64,000 bases of DNA, from positions 768,001 through 832,000 of the forward strand of contig CAXXTB010000001.1 in NCBI GenBank assembly GCA_963676795.2. Reading direction: 5' to 3'. This DNA comes from Geopsychrobacteraceae bacterium (lineage in GTDB: Bacteria; Desulfobacterota; Desulfuromonadia; Desulfuromonadales; Geopsychrobacteraceae). The position numbers and the translations under genes were made by a program. The stretch's first letter is position 1. Every line of letters begins with the position of its first letter. Positions 8,691-19,664 of the stretch are shown here, piece by piece. Under the pieces are notes generated by a model. The model did not search any database. It was not told the origin of the DNA and saw nothing but the letters and a program-made list of their open reading frames with translations.

Positions 8691-9566
8691 TCAGATCAGG
8701 CCGTGCTTTGCCATGATGCTTTTAAGTTTGTCATGGTTAGCCGCTTGCAGCGGAACCAGTGGCAGACGCAGGGTGCCGGTGCAGAGGCCCATCAGCGAAG
8801 CGGCGATCTTGACCGGGACCGGGTTGGTCTCGATGAACATCGACTGATGAACCTCGAGCAGCTCCAGATGCAGTTTGCGCGCCAGCGCCCAGTCGTTGTC
8901 AAAAGCCGCCTGAACCATGGTCTTGACCTGCTTAGGCATGATGTTGGCGGTGACCGAGATAACCCCTTTGCCGCCACAGGCCATCATCGGCATGGTGATG
9001 AAATCGTCACCGGAGATCACATCGATCTTGTCACCGGCCTTGGCGATGATTTCGCTGGCCTGGACCAGATCGCCGGAGGCTTCCTTGATACCGACGATGT
9101 TGCTGAATTCTGCCAGGCGGATGGTTGTTGCGGCCGTCATGTTGACGCCGGTCCGGCCGGGAACGTTATACAGCACCTGCGGGATGGCGACAGCCTCAGC
9201 CACCGCTTTGTAGTGCTGATAGAGGCCTTCCTGGGACGGTTTGTTGTAGTACGGAGTGACCAGCAGCAGGCCGTCAGCACCAATCTCCTTGGCGTGCTGG
9301 GAAATTTCGATCGCTTCTTTGGTCGAGTTGGACCCGGTGCCGGCGAGAACCGGGACCCGCTTGTTGACCTGTTCGATACAGACCTTGATGACCTTGTCAT
9401 GTTCGTCGTAGTCGAGAGTCGCCGATTCACCTGTGGTTCCGCAGGGGACGATGACATCAGTGCCGTTTTCGATCTGAAATTCGATCAGCTGGCGATATTT
9501 TTCCTCATCAAAATTCCCCTGCGCGTCAAAGGGGGTGATGATAGCGACCATAGATCCGTGAAACAT
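8691..9566 (-). CDS. dapA: 4-hydroxy-tetrahydrodipicolinate synthase
   Basis: GTTGES, PYYNKP, YNVPGRT, GIKEASG, SGDD, ETNPVPVK. Confidence 0.97.
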   Translation of the reverse strand: MFHGSMVAIITPFDAQGNFDEEKYRQLIEFQIENGTDVIVPCGTTGESATLDYDEHDKVIKVCIEQVNKRVPVLAGTGSNSTKEAIEISQHAKEIGADGLLLVTPYYNKPSQEGLYQHYKAVAEAVAIPQVLYNVPGRTGVNMTAATTIRLAEFSNIVGIKEASGDLVQASEIIAKAGDKIDVISGDDFITMPMMACGGKGVISVTANIMPKQVKTMVQAAFDNDWALARKLHLELLEVHQSMFIETNPVPVKIAASLMGLCTGTLRLPLVPLQAANHDKLKSIMAKHGLI

Positions 9567-9734
9567 TTATGCCTCCATATAACGAGCTGGCTGGTAGGGT
9601 TCATTGCTAGCACAGCCGCCCGGTGAAAGTAAAGAGCTGCCGGTCGCGCCGGCAGATTGTAAATAGCTGGTTGCCATCCGGAATCTCCGGAGGGCAACGC
9701 GTAAGTTTTCAGATTGAAAACAGCCCTTATCCGC

Positions 9735-9887
9735 TCAGTTGCAGCAGTCGCTGGCCGGGTTCTCCGGCGGCGGGCTGCCAATGGGCCGGACCGGACCCTT
9801 CTTGCCACAGCCGCTCAGGCTGACCAGCAGGGCCAGCAGCAGAGCCGCGGTAACGAGTCTGAAGCTTCTGCGCAGCGAGCCGGCCAT
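9735..9887 (-). CDS. Small lipoprotein, LptM/YifL/LppL-like (50 aa), not in ORF track
   Basis: [50 protein letters not shown]; lipobox LSGC followed by GKKGP; start overlaps the argH stop (TAATG). Confidence 0.8.
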   Translation of the reverse strand: MAGSLRRSFRLVTAALLLALLVSLSGCGKKGPVRPIGSPPPENPASDCCN

Positions 9888-11251
9888 TATTTTTTCAGCC
9901 GCGCAAGTTCGCGCTCGACCGCTTCGCGGGCGGTTCCGCCGGTCGCTTTGCGGGCGTTGACCGAAGCTTCGAGGGTGACATAGTCATAGATGTCGGCATC
10001 GATCAATTCTGAGAACTGGCGGAATTCGTCGAGGGACAGCTCCGGGATGTCCTTACCGGTTTCGACGCAGTAACGTACGGTCTTGCCAACCACCTCGTGG
10101 GCCTGACGGAACGGCAGCCCCTTGCGCACGCAGTAGTCGGCGACATCGGTCGCGGTGGAGTAGCCGCGGGCGGCGGCGACGCGCATGTTGTCGGCCCTGA
10201 CCTTCATCTCGGCGATCATGTCGGCGAAGATTTTGAGTGAGCCCTTGACCGTATCGATGGTATCGAACAGCGGCTCCTTGTCTTCCTGCATGTCCTTGTT
10301 GTAGGCCAGCGGCAGCGACTTCATCAGGGTCAGCAGGGCGATCAGGTTACCGTAGACACGACCGGTCTTGCCGCGCACCAGTTCCGGAACGTCCGGGTTT
10401 TTCTTCTGCGGCATGATCGAGCTGCCGGTGCAGAAGGCGTCGCTCAAGTCGATGAAGCTGAAGTCGGCGCTTGACCAGAGGATCAGCTCCTCGGAGAGGC
10501 GCGACAGGTGCATCATCAGGATGCCGGCGAAGCTGCAGAACTCGATAGCGAAGTCGCGGTCGGAGACGGAATCGAGGCTGTTGCGGGTCACGCCGTCGAA
10601 GCCGAGTTTTTCGGCGACCCATTCACGGTCGATCGGGAAGGTGGTTCCAGCCAGGGCGCCGGCGCCGAGCGGCATAACGTTGAAGCGCTTGCGCAGATCC
10701 TCGAGTCGGCTGATGTCGCGGGCGATCATCTCGCGGTAGGCGAGCATGTGGTGGCTGTAGAGCACCGGCTGAGCCGTCTGCAGGTGGGTATAGCCCGGCA
10801 TGATGACGTCCAGGTTGTTTTCGGCCTGGGCGATCAGTGAGGCTTCCAGCTTGCGGGCGTAGTCGAGAACGGTATCGATCTCATCGCGCAGGTAGAGGCG
10901 GATATCGACAGCGACCTGGTCGTTACGGCTGCGGCCGGTATGCAGGCGGCCACCGACCGGTCCGATGCGCTCGATCAGGCGCGCTTCGACGTTCATGTGG
11001 ATGTCTTCGAGGGCGACTGAGAACTCGATCTTGCCCGCCTCGATATCCTTCAGAATTTCGTCGAGGCCGGCGATGATGGTCGCGGCGTCATCAACAGGAA
11101 TGATCCCCTGGCGGCCGAGCATTTCGGCGTGAGCCTTGGACCCGGCAATATCATAGCGATAGAGGCGCTGATCGAAGTCGATCGAGGCGGTGAACTCTTC
11201 AACAAACTTATCGGTCGGCTGGGTAAAGCGACCACCCCACAGTTTACTCAT
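9887..11251 (-). CDS. argH: Argininosuccinate lyase
   Basis: [36 protein letters not shown]. Confidence 0.98.
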   Translation of the reverse strand: MSKLWGGRFTQPTDKFVEEFTASIDFDQRLYRYDIAGSKAHAEMLGRQGIIPVDDAATIIAGLDEILKDIEAGKIEFSVALEDIHMNVEARLIERIGPVGGRLHTGRSRNDQVAVDIRLYLRDEIDTVLDYARKLEASLIAQAENNLDVIMPGYTHLQTAQPVLYSHHMLAYREMIARDISRLEDLRKRFNVMPLGAGALAGTTFPIDREWVAEKLGFDGVTRNSLDSVSDRDFAIEFCSFAGILMMHLSRLSEELILWSSADFSFIDLSDAFCTGSSIMPQKKNPDVPELVRGKTGRVYGNLIALLTLMKSLPLAYNKDMQEDKEPLFDTIDTVKGSLKIFADMIAEMKVRADNMRVAAARGYSTATDVADYCVRKGLPFRQAHEVVGKTVRYCVETGKDIPELSLDEFRQFSELIDADIYDYVTLEASVNARKATGGTAREAVERELARLKK

Positions 11252-11282
11252 GGTGTCATCCTATAATTTAAAGTCAAAAGCA

Positions 11283-11386
11283 ATTGAACCACAGAGAACA
11301 CTGAGGACACCGAGCAGACCATTAAAAGCTTTAATCAAGCTTTTCTCTGTGTTCTCGAGCGAGCGTCAGCGAGAGGGTGGTTAATT
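11283..11386. repeat. Short palindromic intergenic element (MITE/REP-like)
   Basis: AATTGAACCAC-AGAGAACAC..CTCTGTGTTCTC..GTGGTTAATT inverted termini, with an internal ATTAAAAGCTTTAAT near-palindrome. Confidence 0.55.
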
Positions 11387-11404
11387 CTATGCTGTTAAAC
11401 AGTC

Positions 11405-11431
11405 GAGGCGGAGAGCGTTGCTCCCCGCCTC
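11405..11431 (-). terminator. Stem-loop after argG (terminator or stabiliser)
   Basis: GAGGCGGAGAGC-gtt-GCTCCCCGCCTC; weak U tract. Confidence 0.45.
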
Positions 11432-11448
11432 AGGTTGATCTTTGTAGT

Positions 11449-12669
11449 TTATTTTTTAGCCGCACGCTGCATCGCTGCGATACGCAGACGCAGGGCGTTG
11501 AGCTTGATGAAGCCTTCGGCATCGGCCTGGTTGTAGACTTCGTCGGCCTCGAAGGTGGCGAAATCGACGTTGAACAGGCTGTCGGTGGCCGAGTCACGGC
11601 CGACAACGCGGCAGTGGCCCTTGTAGAGCTTGATGCGCGCCTTGCCGTTGACGGTCTTCTGGGTATCGTCGATCAGCGCCTGCAGGGCGATCCGCTCAGG
11701 AGCGAACCAGAAACCGTTGTAGACCATCTCGGCGTAGCGCGGGATCAGCGAGTCGCGCAGGTGCATGACCTCGCGATCCATGGTGATCGATTCGACACCG
11801 CGGTGAGCTTCCTCAAGGATGGTGCCACCCGGAGTCTCGTAGACGCCCCGGCTCTTCATGCCGACGAAACGGTTTTCCATCAGGTCGACGCGGCCGATGC
11901 CGTGCTTGCCGCCCAGTTCGTTGAGCTTGGCCAGCAGGTTGGCCGGGGAGAGGCGCTCGCCATTGACAGCGACCGGGTTGCCCTGCTCGAATTCGATCTC
12001 GACATATTCCGGCTGATCCGGAGCATTTTCCGGAGCGACGGAAAGTACGTACATCTCTTCCGGAGCCTCGGCCCATGGGTTCTCCAGGACGTCTCCCTCG
12101 AAGGAGATGTGCAGCAGGTTACGGTCGGAACTCCAGGGGAACTTCTTGCTGGTCGGAACCGGAATGCCGTGTTTTTTTGCGTACTCTTCCAGGGCGGTAC
12201 GGCTGTTCATGGTCCATTCACGCCATGGGGCGATAACCTTGACGGCCGGATCGAAGTGGTAGTAGCCGATTTCGAAACGGACCTGGTCGTTCCCCTTGCC
12301 GGTGGCGCCGTGAGAAACAGCGTCAGCACCTTCCTTGGCAGCGATCTCCATCTGCGCTTTGGCGATCAGCGGGCGGGCGATCGAGGTCCCGAGGAAATAA
12401 CGGCCTTCGTAGATGGCGTTGGCACGGAACATCGGGAAGACGAAGTCGCGGGTGAACTCTTCACGCAGATCCAGGACGTAGCTCTTGCTGGCGCCGGTTT
12501 GCTTAGCCTTCTCCGGGATGAAGTCGAGTTCTTCCCCCTGGCCGAGGTCTGCCGAAAAGGCGATGACTTCGCAACCGTATTCTTCGGTCAGCCATTTGAG
12601 GATAATCGAGGTGTCCAGACCGCCGGAATAGGCGAGGACGACTTTGTTGACTTGTCCGTGTTTGCTCAT
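11449..12669 (-). CDS. argG: Argininosuccinate synthase
   Basis: [36 protein letters not shown]. Alternative start at 12678. Confidence 0.98.
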   Translation of the reverse strand: MSKHGQVNKVVLAYSGGLDTSIILKWLTEEYGCEVIAFSADLGQGEELDFIPEKAKQTGASKSYVLDLREEFTRDFVFPMFRANAIYEGRYFLGTSIARPLIAKAQMEIAAKEGADAVSHGATGKGNDQVRFEIGYYHFDPAVKVIAPWREWTMNSRTALEEYAKKHGIPVPTSKKFPWSSDRNLLHISFEGDVLENPWAEAPEEMYVLSVAPENAPDQPEYVEIEFEQGNPVAVNGERLSPANLLAKLNELGGKHGIGRVDLMENRFVGMKSRGVYETPGGTILEEAHRGVESITMDREVMHLRDSLIPRYAEMVYNGFWFAPERIALQALIDDTQKTVNGKARIKLYKGHCRVVGRDSATDSLFNVDFATFEADEVYNQADAEGFIKLNALRLRIAAMQRAAKK

Positions 12670-12734
12670 TCTCTTCATTCTCCTTGCTCTAGAGAGCTAT
12701 TTTGATCTGTCCGGCAGCGCCGGAATCTGTTTGT

Positions 12735-13334
12735 TCACAGTCTGATTACGTATGTATCTGCAAGGCGATCGTGAAGCGCCTGCTTCTGGTTGTCAAACGC
12801 CGCCATCAGGTAGCCGATGCCGAGGATGATCCCGGAAATAAACTTGCCGACCAGCTCGCGCAGGGCCGCTCTGCCGTAGCCGATGTCGCTGCCGTCGCGG
12901 CGGATCACCTTGATGCGGACGATCATCTTGCCCGGTGTCTGGCCGCAGTAGCCGAGCAGCCCGACCGAATAAACCAGGCTGATGACGATGGAAAACAACC
13001 CGATCAAAATTTCCGCGCTGGTGCTGTCGATGCTGATTGCCGCGACCAGTCCGAGCAGAAAGCCGAAAACAAACTGGATCACAGTGACAATAATACCATC
13101 GATCAGCAGGGCGACCAGTCGAATCCAGAAACCGGCCTTGGGCAGTGCCGCTGCCCCGTTGTCAGCCGGAGTTTCGCTGACCGCGACGGTGTCGACCGGC
13201 GCCTGAGCAGCGGTCGGATGAACAAAGGCAAACCCCTGGTGGCATTTCGGGCAGGTGACCCGGGTGACATCCGCAGGGATGGCCGTTGCGGTTACCTCCT
13301 TGGCAAAGCCGCAATGCGGACATTCTAGGTGCAC
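12735..13334 (-). CDS. Zinc-ribbon (MJ0042-type) + RDD-family membrane protein
   Basis: CPHC..CPKC, then AGFWIRLVALLID, GQTPGK, QALHDRLADTYV. Confidence 0.88.
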   Translation of the reverse strand: MHLECPHCGFAKEVTATAIPADVTRVTCPKCHQGFAFVHPTAAQAPVDTVAVSETPADNGAAALPKAGFWIRLVALLIDGIIVTVIQFVFGFLLGLVAAISIDSTSAEILIGLFSIVISLVYSVGLLGYCGQTPGKMIVRIKVIRRDGSDIGYGRAALRELVGKFISGIILGIGYLMAAFDNQKQALHDRLADTYVIRL

Positions 13335-13335
13335 C

Positions 13336-14247
13336 TTAGCGCTCCATCAGGGTGGTCATGATCGCTTTCTGGACATGCAGGCGGTTTTCCGCTTCATCGA
13401 AGATGATCGAATGCGGGCCCTCCATGATCTCGTCAGTGATCTCCTCGTCACGGTGAGCCGGCAGGCAGTGCATGACCACGGACCCTTCGTTGGTCAGGGC
13501 CATCAGCTCCCTGTTGACCTGGAAACCTTTGAAAGCTTTCTCCCGCTGCGCCTGCTCCTCTTCCTGGCCCATGCTGGCCCAGACATCGGTGTTGATGACA
13601 TCGGCACCTTCTGCCGCTTCACGCGGGTCGTTGGTGAAGATCAGCTTGGCACCGGCAGCCTGTGCTGCTGCGATGATGCCGGCGTCCGCTTCATAGCCTT
13701 TCGGCGTTGCGACGCGCAGTTCGAAACCGAAGACCGAAGCGGCGTTGATCCAGCTGTTAGCCATGTTGTTGCCGTCGCCGATCCAGCAGTACTTGAGATC
13801 GCGGTAGTTCTCCTTGTGCTCGGTGACAGTGAAGATATCGGCCATGACCTGACAGGGGTGACAGAGATCGGTCAGCGCGTTGATGACCGGAACATAGCTC
13901 AGCTCCGCCAGTTGCTCGACCATCTCGTGAGAATAGGTCCGGATCATGATGCCGTCGCAGTAGCGGGACATGACCCGGGCGGTGTCCTGGATCGGTTCGC
14001 CGCGCCCCATCTGGGTGTTGCCGGAATGCAGGAACAGGGCATGGCCACCAAGCTGGTACATCCCGACCTCAAAGGAGATCCGGGTCCGGGTCGAGCTTTT
14101 TTCAAAGATCATCGCCAGGGTTTGCCCCTCGAGAACCTTATGCGGAGTCCCTTCCTTCTGCTTGGCTTTCAGATCGGCGGTCAGGGCGAAAATCCCTTCG
14201 AGATCTTCAAGTGACCAGTCGGCAATGGATAGAAAATCCTTGTTCAT
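13336..14247 (-). CDS. argF: Ornithine carbamoyltransferase
   Basis: SSTRTR, HPCQ, DGNNM, SMG, HCLP, AENRLH. Confidence 0.98.
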   Translation of the reverse strand: MNKDFLSIADWSLEDLEGIFALTADLKAKQKEGTPHKVLEGQTLAMIFEKSSTRTRISFEVGMYQLGGHALFLHSGNTQMGRGEPIQDTARVMSRYCDGIMIRTYSHEMVEQLAELSYVPVINALTDLCHPCQVMADIFTVTEHKENYRDLKYCWIGDGNNMANSWINAASVFGFELRVATPKGYEADAGIIAAAQAAGAKLIFTNDPREAAEGADVINTDVWASMGQEEEQAQREKAFKGFQVNRELMALTNEGSVVMHCLPAHRDEEITDEIMEGPHSIIFDEAENRLHVQKAIMTTLMER

Positions 14248-14306
14248 CTTTTTCTTTCCCCAATATAAATTCTTAATGCAGGCCCCTGAATGAGGCCTGC
14301 TTCTCG

Positions 14307-15509
14307 TTAAATTTTGATCTCAGCCAGAAGACTATCGAGAATCTCGATCATCTTGTCGATCTCTTCTGCTTTGACGATGATTGGCGGCACGAAACGCAGG
14401 GTTTTCCCGGCGGTGCAGTTGAGCAACAGCCCCTTTTCCTGGGCCTGTTTGACCAGTTCGCCCCCTTCAACAGAAAGTTCCATGGCAACCATCAGGCCGC
14501 GGCCTCTGACTTCAACGATAAAGGAATATTTGCTCTTCAGCGCTTCGAGCTTCTGAACAAGGTAATCTCCCATCTTGACGCAGTTGCTGAGTACTTCCGG
14601 TTTGAGCAGGGTCTTGACGGTTGCAACACCTGCTGCTGCCATCAGCGGATTGCCGCCGAAGGTCGAACCGTGGGTGCCTGGGCCGAAGGAATCGACGAAC
14701 TTTTCACGGAAAACCATCGCGCCGATCGGCGGGCCACCGGCCAGAGCCTTGGCCAGGGTCATGATGTCCGGCTCGATCCCCTCATGCTGGTGGGCGAACA
14801 GCTTGCCGGTCCGGCCCATGCCGGTCTGAACCTCGTCGAGGATCAGCAGCAGGTTCTTTTCGTCGCACAGCTCGCGAACCGCTTTGAAATAGCCAGCCGG
14901 AGGCAGGTTGACGCCGCCTTCCCCCTGAATCGGTTCGAGCATGATGGCGCAGGTCTGGTCGGCGATCGCGGCCCGCAGGGCGTCTACGTCGCCGTAGGTC
15001 GCGTAGCTGAAGCCGGGGATCAGCGGCGCAAAACCCTTCTGCATCTTTTCCTGCCCGGTGGCGGTGATGGTCGCCAGGGTCCGGCCATGGAAAGAGGAGT
15101 GGGTGGTGATGATATGGCTGCGTCCTTCGCCGTAGGTATCGTAACTGTACTTACGGGCCAGCTTGATCGCGGCTTCGTTGGCCTCTGCGCCGGAGTTGCA
15201 GAAGAAGGCGCGGTCGGCAAAGGAGTTGGCGCAGAGCAGCTCAGCCAGCTCGATCTGCTGCGGAATATGATAGAGGTTGGAGCAGTGGATCAGGTCGCCG
15301 ACCTGTTCCTTGATCGCCACCATAACGGCCGGATGGCAATGGCCCAGGTTGTTGACGGCGATACCGGCGACGAAGTCGAGGTACTGTTTGCCGTCGACAT
15401 CAGTGATCCAGCAGCCGTTACCGTACTTGGGAACCAGCGGATAACGGCCATAGTTTTTGGCAATGACCTTTGAGCCTCGTTCAATCCAATTTTCTGTTTG
15501 TGTCGCCAT
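14307..15509 (-). CDS. argD: Acetylornithine aminotransferase
   Basis: NSGAEANE, FHGRT, EPIQGEGG, DEVQTG, LAKAL, HGSTFGGNPL; located in the arg cluster. Confidence 0.95.
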   Translation of the reverse strand: MATQTENWIERGSKVIAKNYGRYPLVPKYGNGCWITDVDGKQYLDFVAGIAVNNLGHCHPAVMVAIKEQVGDLIHCSNLYHIPQQIELAELLCANSFADRAFFCNSGAEANEAAIKLARKYSYDTYGEGRSHIITTHSSFHGRTLATITATGQEKMQKGFAPLIPGFSYATYGDVDALRAAIADQTCAIMLEPIQGEGGVNLPPAGYFKAVRELCDEKNLLLILDEVQTGMGRTGKLFAHQHEGIEPDIMTLAKALAGGPPIGAMVFREKFVDSFGPGTHGSTFGGNPLMAAAGVATVKTLLKPEVLSNCVKMGDYLVQKLEALKSKYSFIVEVRGRGLMVAMELSVEGGELVKQAQEKGLLLNCTAGKTLRFVPPIIVKAEEIDKMIEILDSLLAEIKI

Positions 15510-15513
15510 CTTC

Positions 15514-16434
<921 letters not shown>

Positions 16435-17763
16435 TTAAAGGATGTACCGGGACAGATCTTCGTTCTGGCTGATGTCTTCCAGTCGTCGTCGGACCTCTTC
16501 GGCGTTGATGGTGACCTTCTCATGGGACAACTCGGGAGCGCTGAAGGAGAGTTCCTCAAGCAGCTTCTCCATGATCGTGTGCAGGCGCCTTGCGCCGATA
16601 TTCTCCGTTCTCTCATTGACCATCTTGGCCAGTCGGGCGATCTCGCGGATGGCGTCATCGTCGAAATCGAGCTCGATCGATTCGGTCTTCATCAGCTCGA
16701 TATACTGCCGGGTCAGGGCATTTTTCGGCTCGGTCAGAATGCGGTAAAAATCCTCTTCGGTCAGGCTGCCCAGTTCAACACGGATCGGAAAACGCCCCTG
16801 CAGTTCGGGGATCAGGTCGGACGGTTTGGCCATGTGGAAGGCTCCGGCCGCGATGAACAGGATATGGTCGGTCTTGACCGGGCCATGCTTGGTGTTGACC
16901 GTGCTCCCTTCGACGATCGGCAGGATGTCACGCTGGACCCCCTCACGGGAGACCTCGGGGCCGTGGGACCCTTCGCGGCTGGCGACCTTGTCGATCTCGT
17001 CGATGAAGACGATGCCGCTTTGCTCGGTGCGTTCGCGGGCCAGGGTCGCGACATTCTCCATGTCGACCAGTTTTTCCGCTTCTTCCTCGATCAAGATCAG
17101 GCGCGCTTCAGCAACCTTGACCCGTTTGGTCTTCTGTTTCTTGGGGAAGAGGTTACCGAACATCTCCTTGATGTTCATCCCCATCTCTTCGTTCCCCTGC
17201 GGAGTAAAGACGCCGACATTCGGCATGCTGCTGACCTCGACGTCGATCTCGACATAGCGCTCATCCAGCTCACCCAAGCGCAGCAGCTTGCGCAGCCGGT
17301 CGCGGGTATGCTGGCGCTGCTCCTGCTTGTCGGGGGAGCGGTCGACCTCGCCGGGCAGCAGCAGGTCGAGCAGTTTTTCCTCGGCGTTGGCCTCGGCCTT
17401 GATACGCATCTTCCTGGTCTCTTCATCCTTGACCATGATGATCGCCAGTTCGAGCAGGTCGCGGATCATGCTCTCGACGTCGCGGCCGACGTAACCGACC
17501 TCGGTAAACTTGCTCGCTTCGACCTTGATGAACGGAGCCTCGGCCAGTTTTGCCAGGCGGCGGGCGATCTCGGTCTTGCCGACCCCGGTCGGGCCGATCA
17601 TGATGATGTTCTTCGGCGCGATCTCGTCGCGCAGCTCGGCCGGGACCTGCTGGCGGCGCCAGCGGTTGCGCAGGGCGACGGCGACAGCGCGCTTGGCGTC
17701 CTTCTGGCCGATGATATAGCGATCCAGTTCCGAGACGATCTCTCTGGGGGTAAAGTTGGTCAT
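16435..17763 (-). CDS. hslU: ATP-dependent protease ATPase subunit HslU
   Basis: [36 protein letters not shown]-terminal DLSRYIL. Confidence 0.98.
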   Translation of the reverse strand: MTNFTPREIVSELDRYIIGQKDAKRAVAVALRNRWRRQQVPAELRDEIAPKNIIMIGPTGVGKTEIARRLAKLAEAPFIKVEASKFTEVGYVGRDVESMIRDLLELAIIMVKDEETRKMRIKAEANAEEKLLDLLLPGEVDRSPDKQEQRQHTRDRLRKLLRLGELDERYVEIDVEVSSMPNVGVFTPQGNEEMGMNIKEMFGNLFPKKQKTKRVKVAEARLILIEEEAEKLVDMENVATLARERTEQSGIVFIDEIDKVASREGSHGPEVSREGVQRDILPIVEGSTVNTKHGPVKTDHILFIAAGAFHMAKPSDLIPELQGRFPIRVELGSLTEEDFYRILTEPKNALTRQYIELMKTESIELDFDDDAIREIARLAKMVNERTENIGARRLHTIMEKLLEELSFSAPELSHEKVTINAEEVRRRLEDISQNEDLSRYIL

Positions 17764-18290
17764 GCTAAAACCTCGATACTAATCCGGTCGTTGGTGTAGA
17801 CACAGATATCTGCGGCAATCTGCAGGGCTTCCCTGGCGATCTGCTCGGCATCCAGTTCAGAGTGGGCGATCAGGGCCCGTGCTGCGGCCAGAGCAAAACT
17901 TCCGCCGGAACCGATCGCTGCAACGGCATCGTCCGGCTCGATAACGTCGCCGGCCCCGGAAATGACCAGGGTCAGATCCTTGTCGGCAACGATCAGCAGG
18001 GCTTCCAGACGGCGCAGCACGCGGTCGGTGCGCCAGTCTTTGGCCAGGGCAACGGCAGCTCTGGCCAGGTTGCCGCGGAATTCCTGCAGTTTGGCTTCAA
18101 ATTTTTCAAAAAGGGTAAAGGCATCAGCCGTGCTGCCGGCAAATCCGGCGAGGATCTGATCCTGGTAAAGTCGTCTGATCTTGCGGGCACCGTGTTTCAT
18201 GACCGTGTTGCCCAGGCTGACCTGGCCGTCTCCGGCGAGGGCGACCTTTCCGGCGTGGCGAACACAGCAGATTGTCGTTCCTTTAAACAT
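17760..18290 (-). CDS. hslV: ATP-dependent protease subunit HslV
   Basis: TTI N-terminal nucleophile, [19 protein letters not shown]. Confidence 0.97.
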   Translation of the reverse strand: MFKGTTICCVRHAGKVALAGDGQVSLGNTVMKHGARKIRRLYQDQILAGFAGSTADAFTLFEKFEAKLQEFRGNLARAAVALAKDWRTDRVLRRLEALLIVADKDLTLVISGAGDVIEPDDAVAAIGSGGSFALAAARALIAHSELDAEQIAREALQIAADICVYTNDRISIEVLA

Positions 18291-18431
18291 CGATAACTCC
18301 CGTATAAATGGCCGTTTTGCCATTTGATGAAAAGTCGCAACATAACATAAAAAAGAGTCGATAAAAAAGAGCTATATCCCGGTTTTTTCCAGTTTTCTGC
18401 GGAATTTTGGGCCGTAGTCAGGGGAGGAGGG

Positions 18432-19544
18432 TCAGTTGGGGAGTGGGAACTCGATGATCGCCTGAGTACCTTCGCCGACGACGCTGGTCAGCAGCAGGTT
18501 GCCGCCCATGCTGCGGATGAAGTTGCGGGCGTAATAGAGCCCGAGGCCAAAGCCGCGGACCTGGCCGGTGTGCTCCGGATCGATCTGGTAGAACTTACTG
18601 AAGATCTTGCTCAGTTCCTGGGCGGGGATGCCGATTCCCGTGTCGCTGATGATCAGGCGCAGGCTGGCATCGTTTTTTTCGCCACTGATGCTGACGGTTC
18701 CTCCTTCGGGAGTGAACTTGATCGCGTTGTCGAGCAGGGCGCGGATGGCAAAGCTGATGCGCTGCTGGCTGAGCATCAGCGGCTGTCCGCAGAGCTGGTC
18801 GACATTGATCTTGTAACTGATCTGACGGCCGAGAGCTGCCGGCTTGAGGACCTGGGCCACCTGGTTGGCAACCAGGCCAAGGTCGAGGCTGGTCAGTCCT
18901 GAATCCTCTTCCTGGAGGGTGACCTCGCTGAAAAAGAGCAGATCCTGAATCAGTTGTTCCAGGTGCTGGGTTTCCGTCTGAACCATGTCGAGCATCAGGT
19001 GAAAATCAGCGTCGTCGGGACTTTCAACCCCCTCGATCAGGTTCTGGATGAACAGTGAGATCGCCGTCGCCGGGGTTTTGAGCTTGTGGGAGATCAGGCC
19101 GAGAAAATCGTTCTTGAGTTTTTCAGAACGCTTAAGGGCGGCCAGCTCTTCGCGGATCTCCTGCTTTTCGAGAACCTTGCTGACCGTGGTGCTGAGCTGG
19201 AGGATGTTGATCGGTTTGGTGATGAAGTCGTCGGCACCTTCTTTGAGAGCGCGCAGAATCAGTTCTTTGTCGGAATAGCCGGTCATCAGGATGAAGGCCA
19301 GGTTCGGGTGTTTCTCCTTCGATTGCTTGAGCAGTTCAAGGCCAGAGATAGTCGGCATGACGACGTCGGAGAGAACGATATCGACTTCTTCGCTTTCGAG
19401 GTACTTCAACGCTTCGTCGCCGTTCTTGGCGATGAGCAGGTGATACTCGCCCAGAGCGTTGGCGCAGAGGTCTCTGATCAACGCTTCATCATCGACAATC
19501 AGCAGGGTCTTCTGCCGGTTATGTGTGAAATCGAATGTCGCCAT
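18432..19544 (-). CDS. Hybrid receiver + histidine kinase (REC-HisKA-HATPase)
   Basis: VDD..SDVVMP..TKP receiver; ISHKLKTP H-box; NAIKF, DTGIGI, GLGL. Alternative start at 19589. Confidence 0.9.
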   Translation of the reverse strand: MATFDFTHNRQKTLLIVDDEALIRDLCANALGEYHLLIAKNGDEALKYLESEEVDIVLSDVVMPTISGLELLKQSKEKHPNLAFILMTGYSDKELILRALKEGADDFITKPINILQLSTTVSKVLEKQEIREELAALKRSEKLKNDFLGLISHKLKTPATAISLFIQNLIEGVESPDDADFHLMLDMVQTETQHLEQLIQDLLFFSEVTLQEEDSGLTSLDLGLVANQVAQVLKPAALGRQISYKINVDQLCGQPLMLSQQRISFAIRALLDNAIKFTPEGGTVSISGEKNDASLRLIISDTGIGIPAQELSKIFSKFYQIDPEHTGQVRGFGLGLYYARNFIRSMGGNLLLTSVVGEGTQAIIEFPLPN

Positions 19545-19601
19545 TGTGGCCTGGTCTCTGCCTGCATTGCTGCGGGTGTATAAAGGCATTTGAATTTAAA
19601 G

Positions 19602-19646
19602 CATAGCGGACCTGACCAGGATGTCCAGTGTTGCAGGTCCGCTATG
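19602..19646 (-). terminator. 13-bp perfect inverted repeat after alaS
   Basis: CATAGCGGACCTG...CAGGTCCGCTATG. Confidence 0.55.
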
Positions 19647-19664
19647 AGTATAGAAATAACAGGA

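Noticed and set aside
9567..9734. Lysine riboswitch before dapA
   Set aside because: Hairpins are present, but the conserved AGAGG(U)GC, GAAAGG and ACUG motifs were not found.
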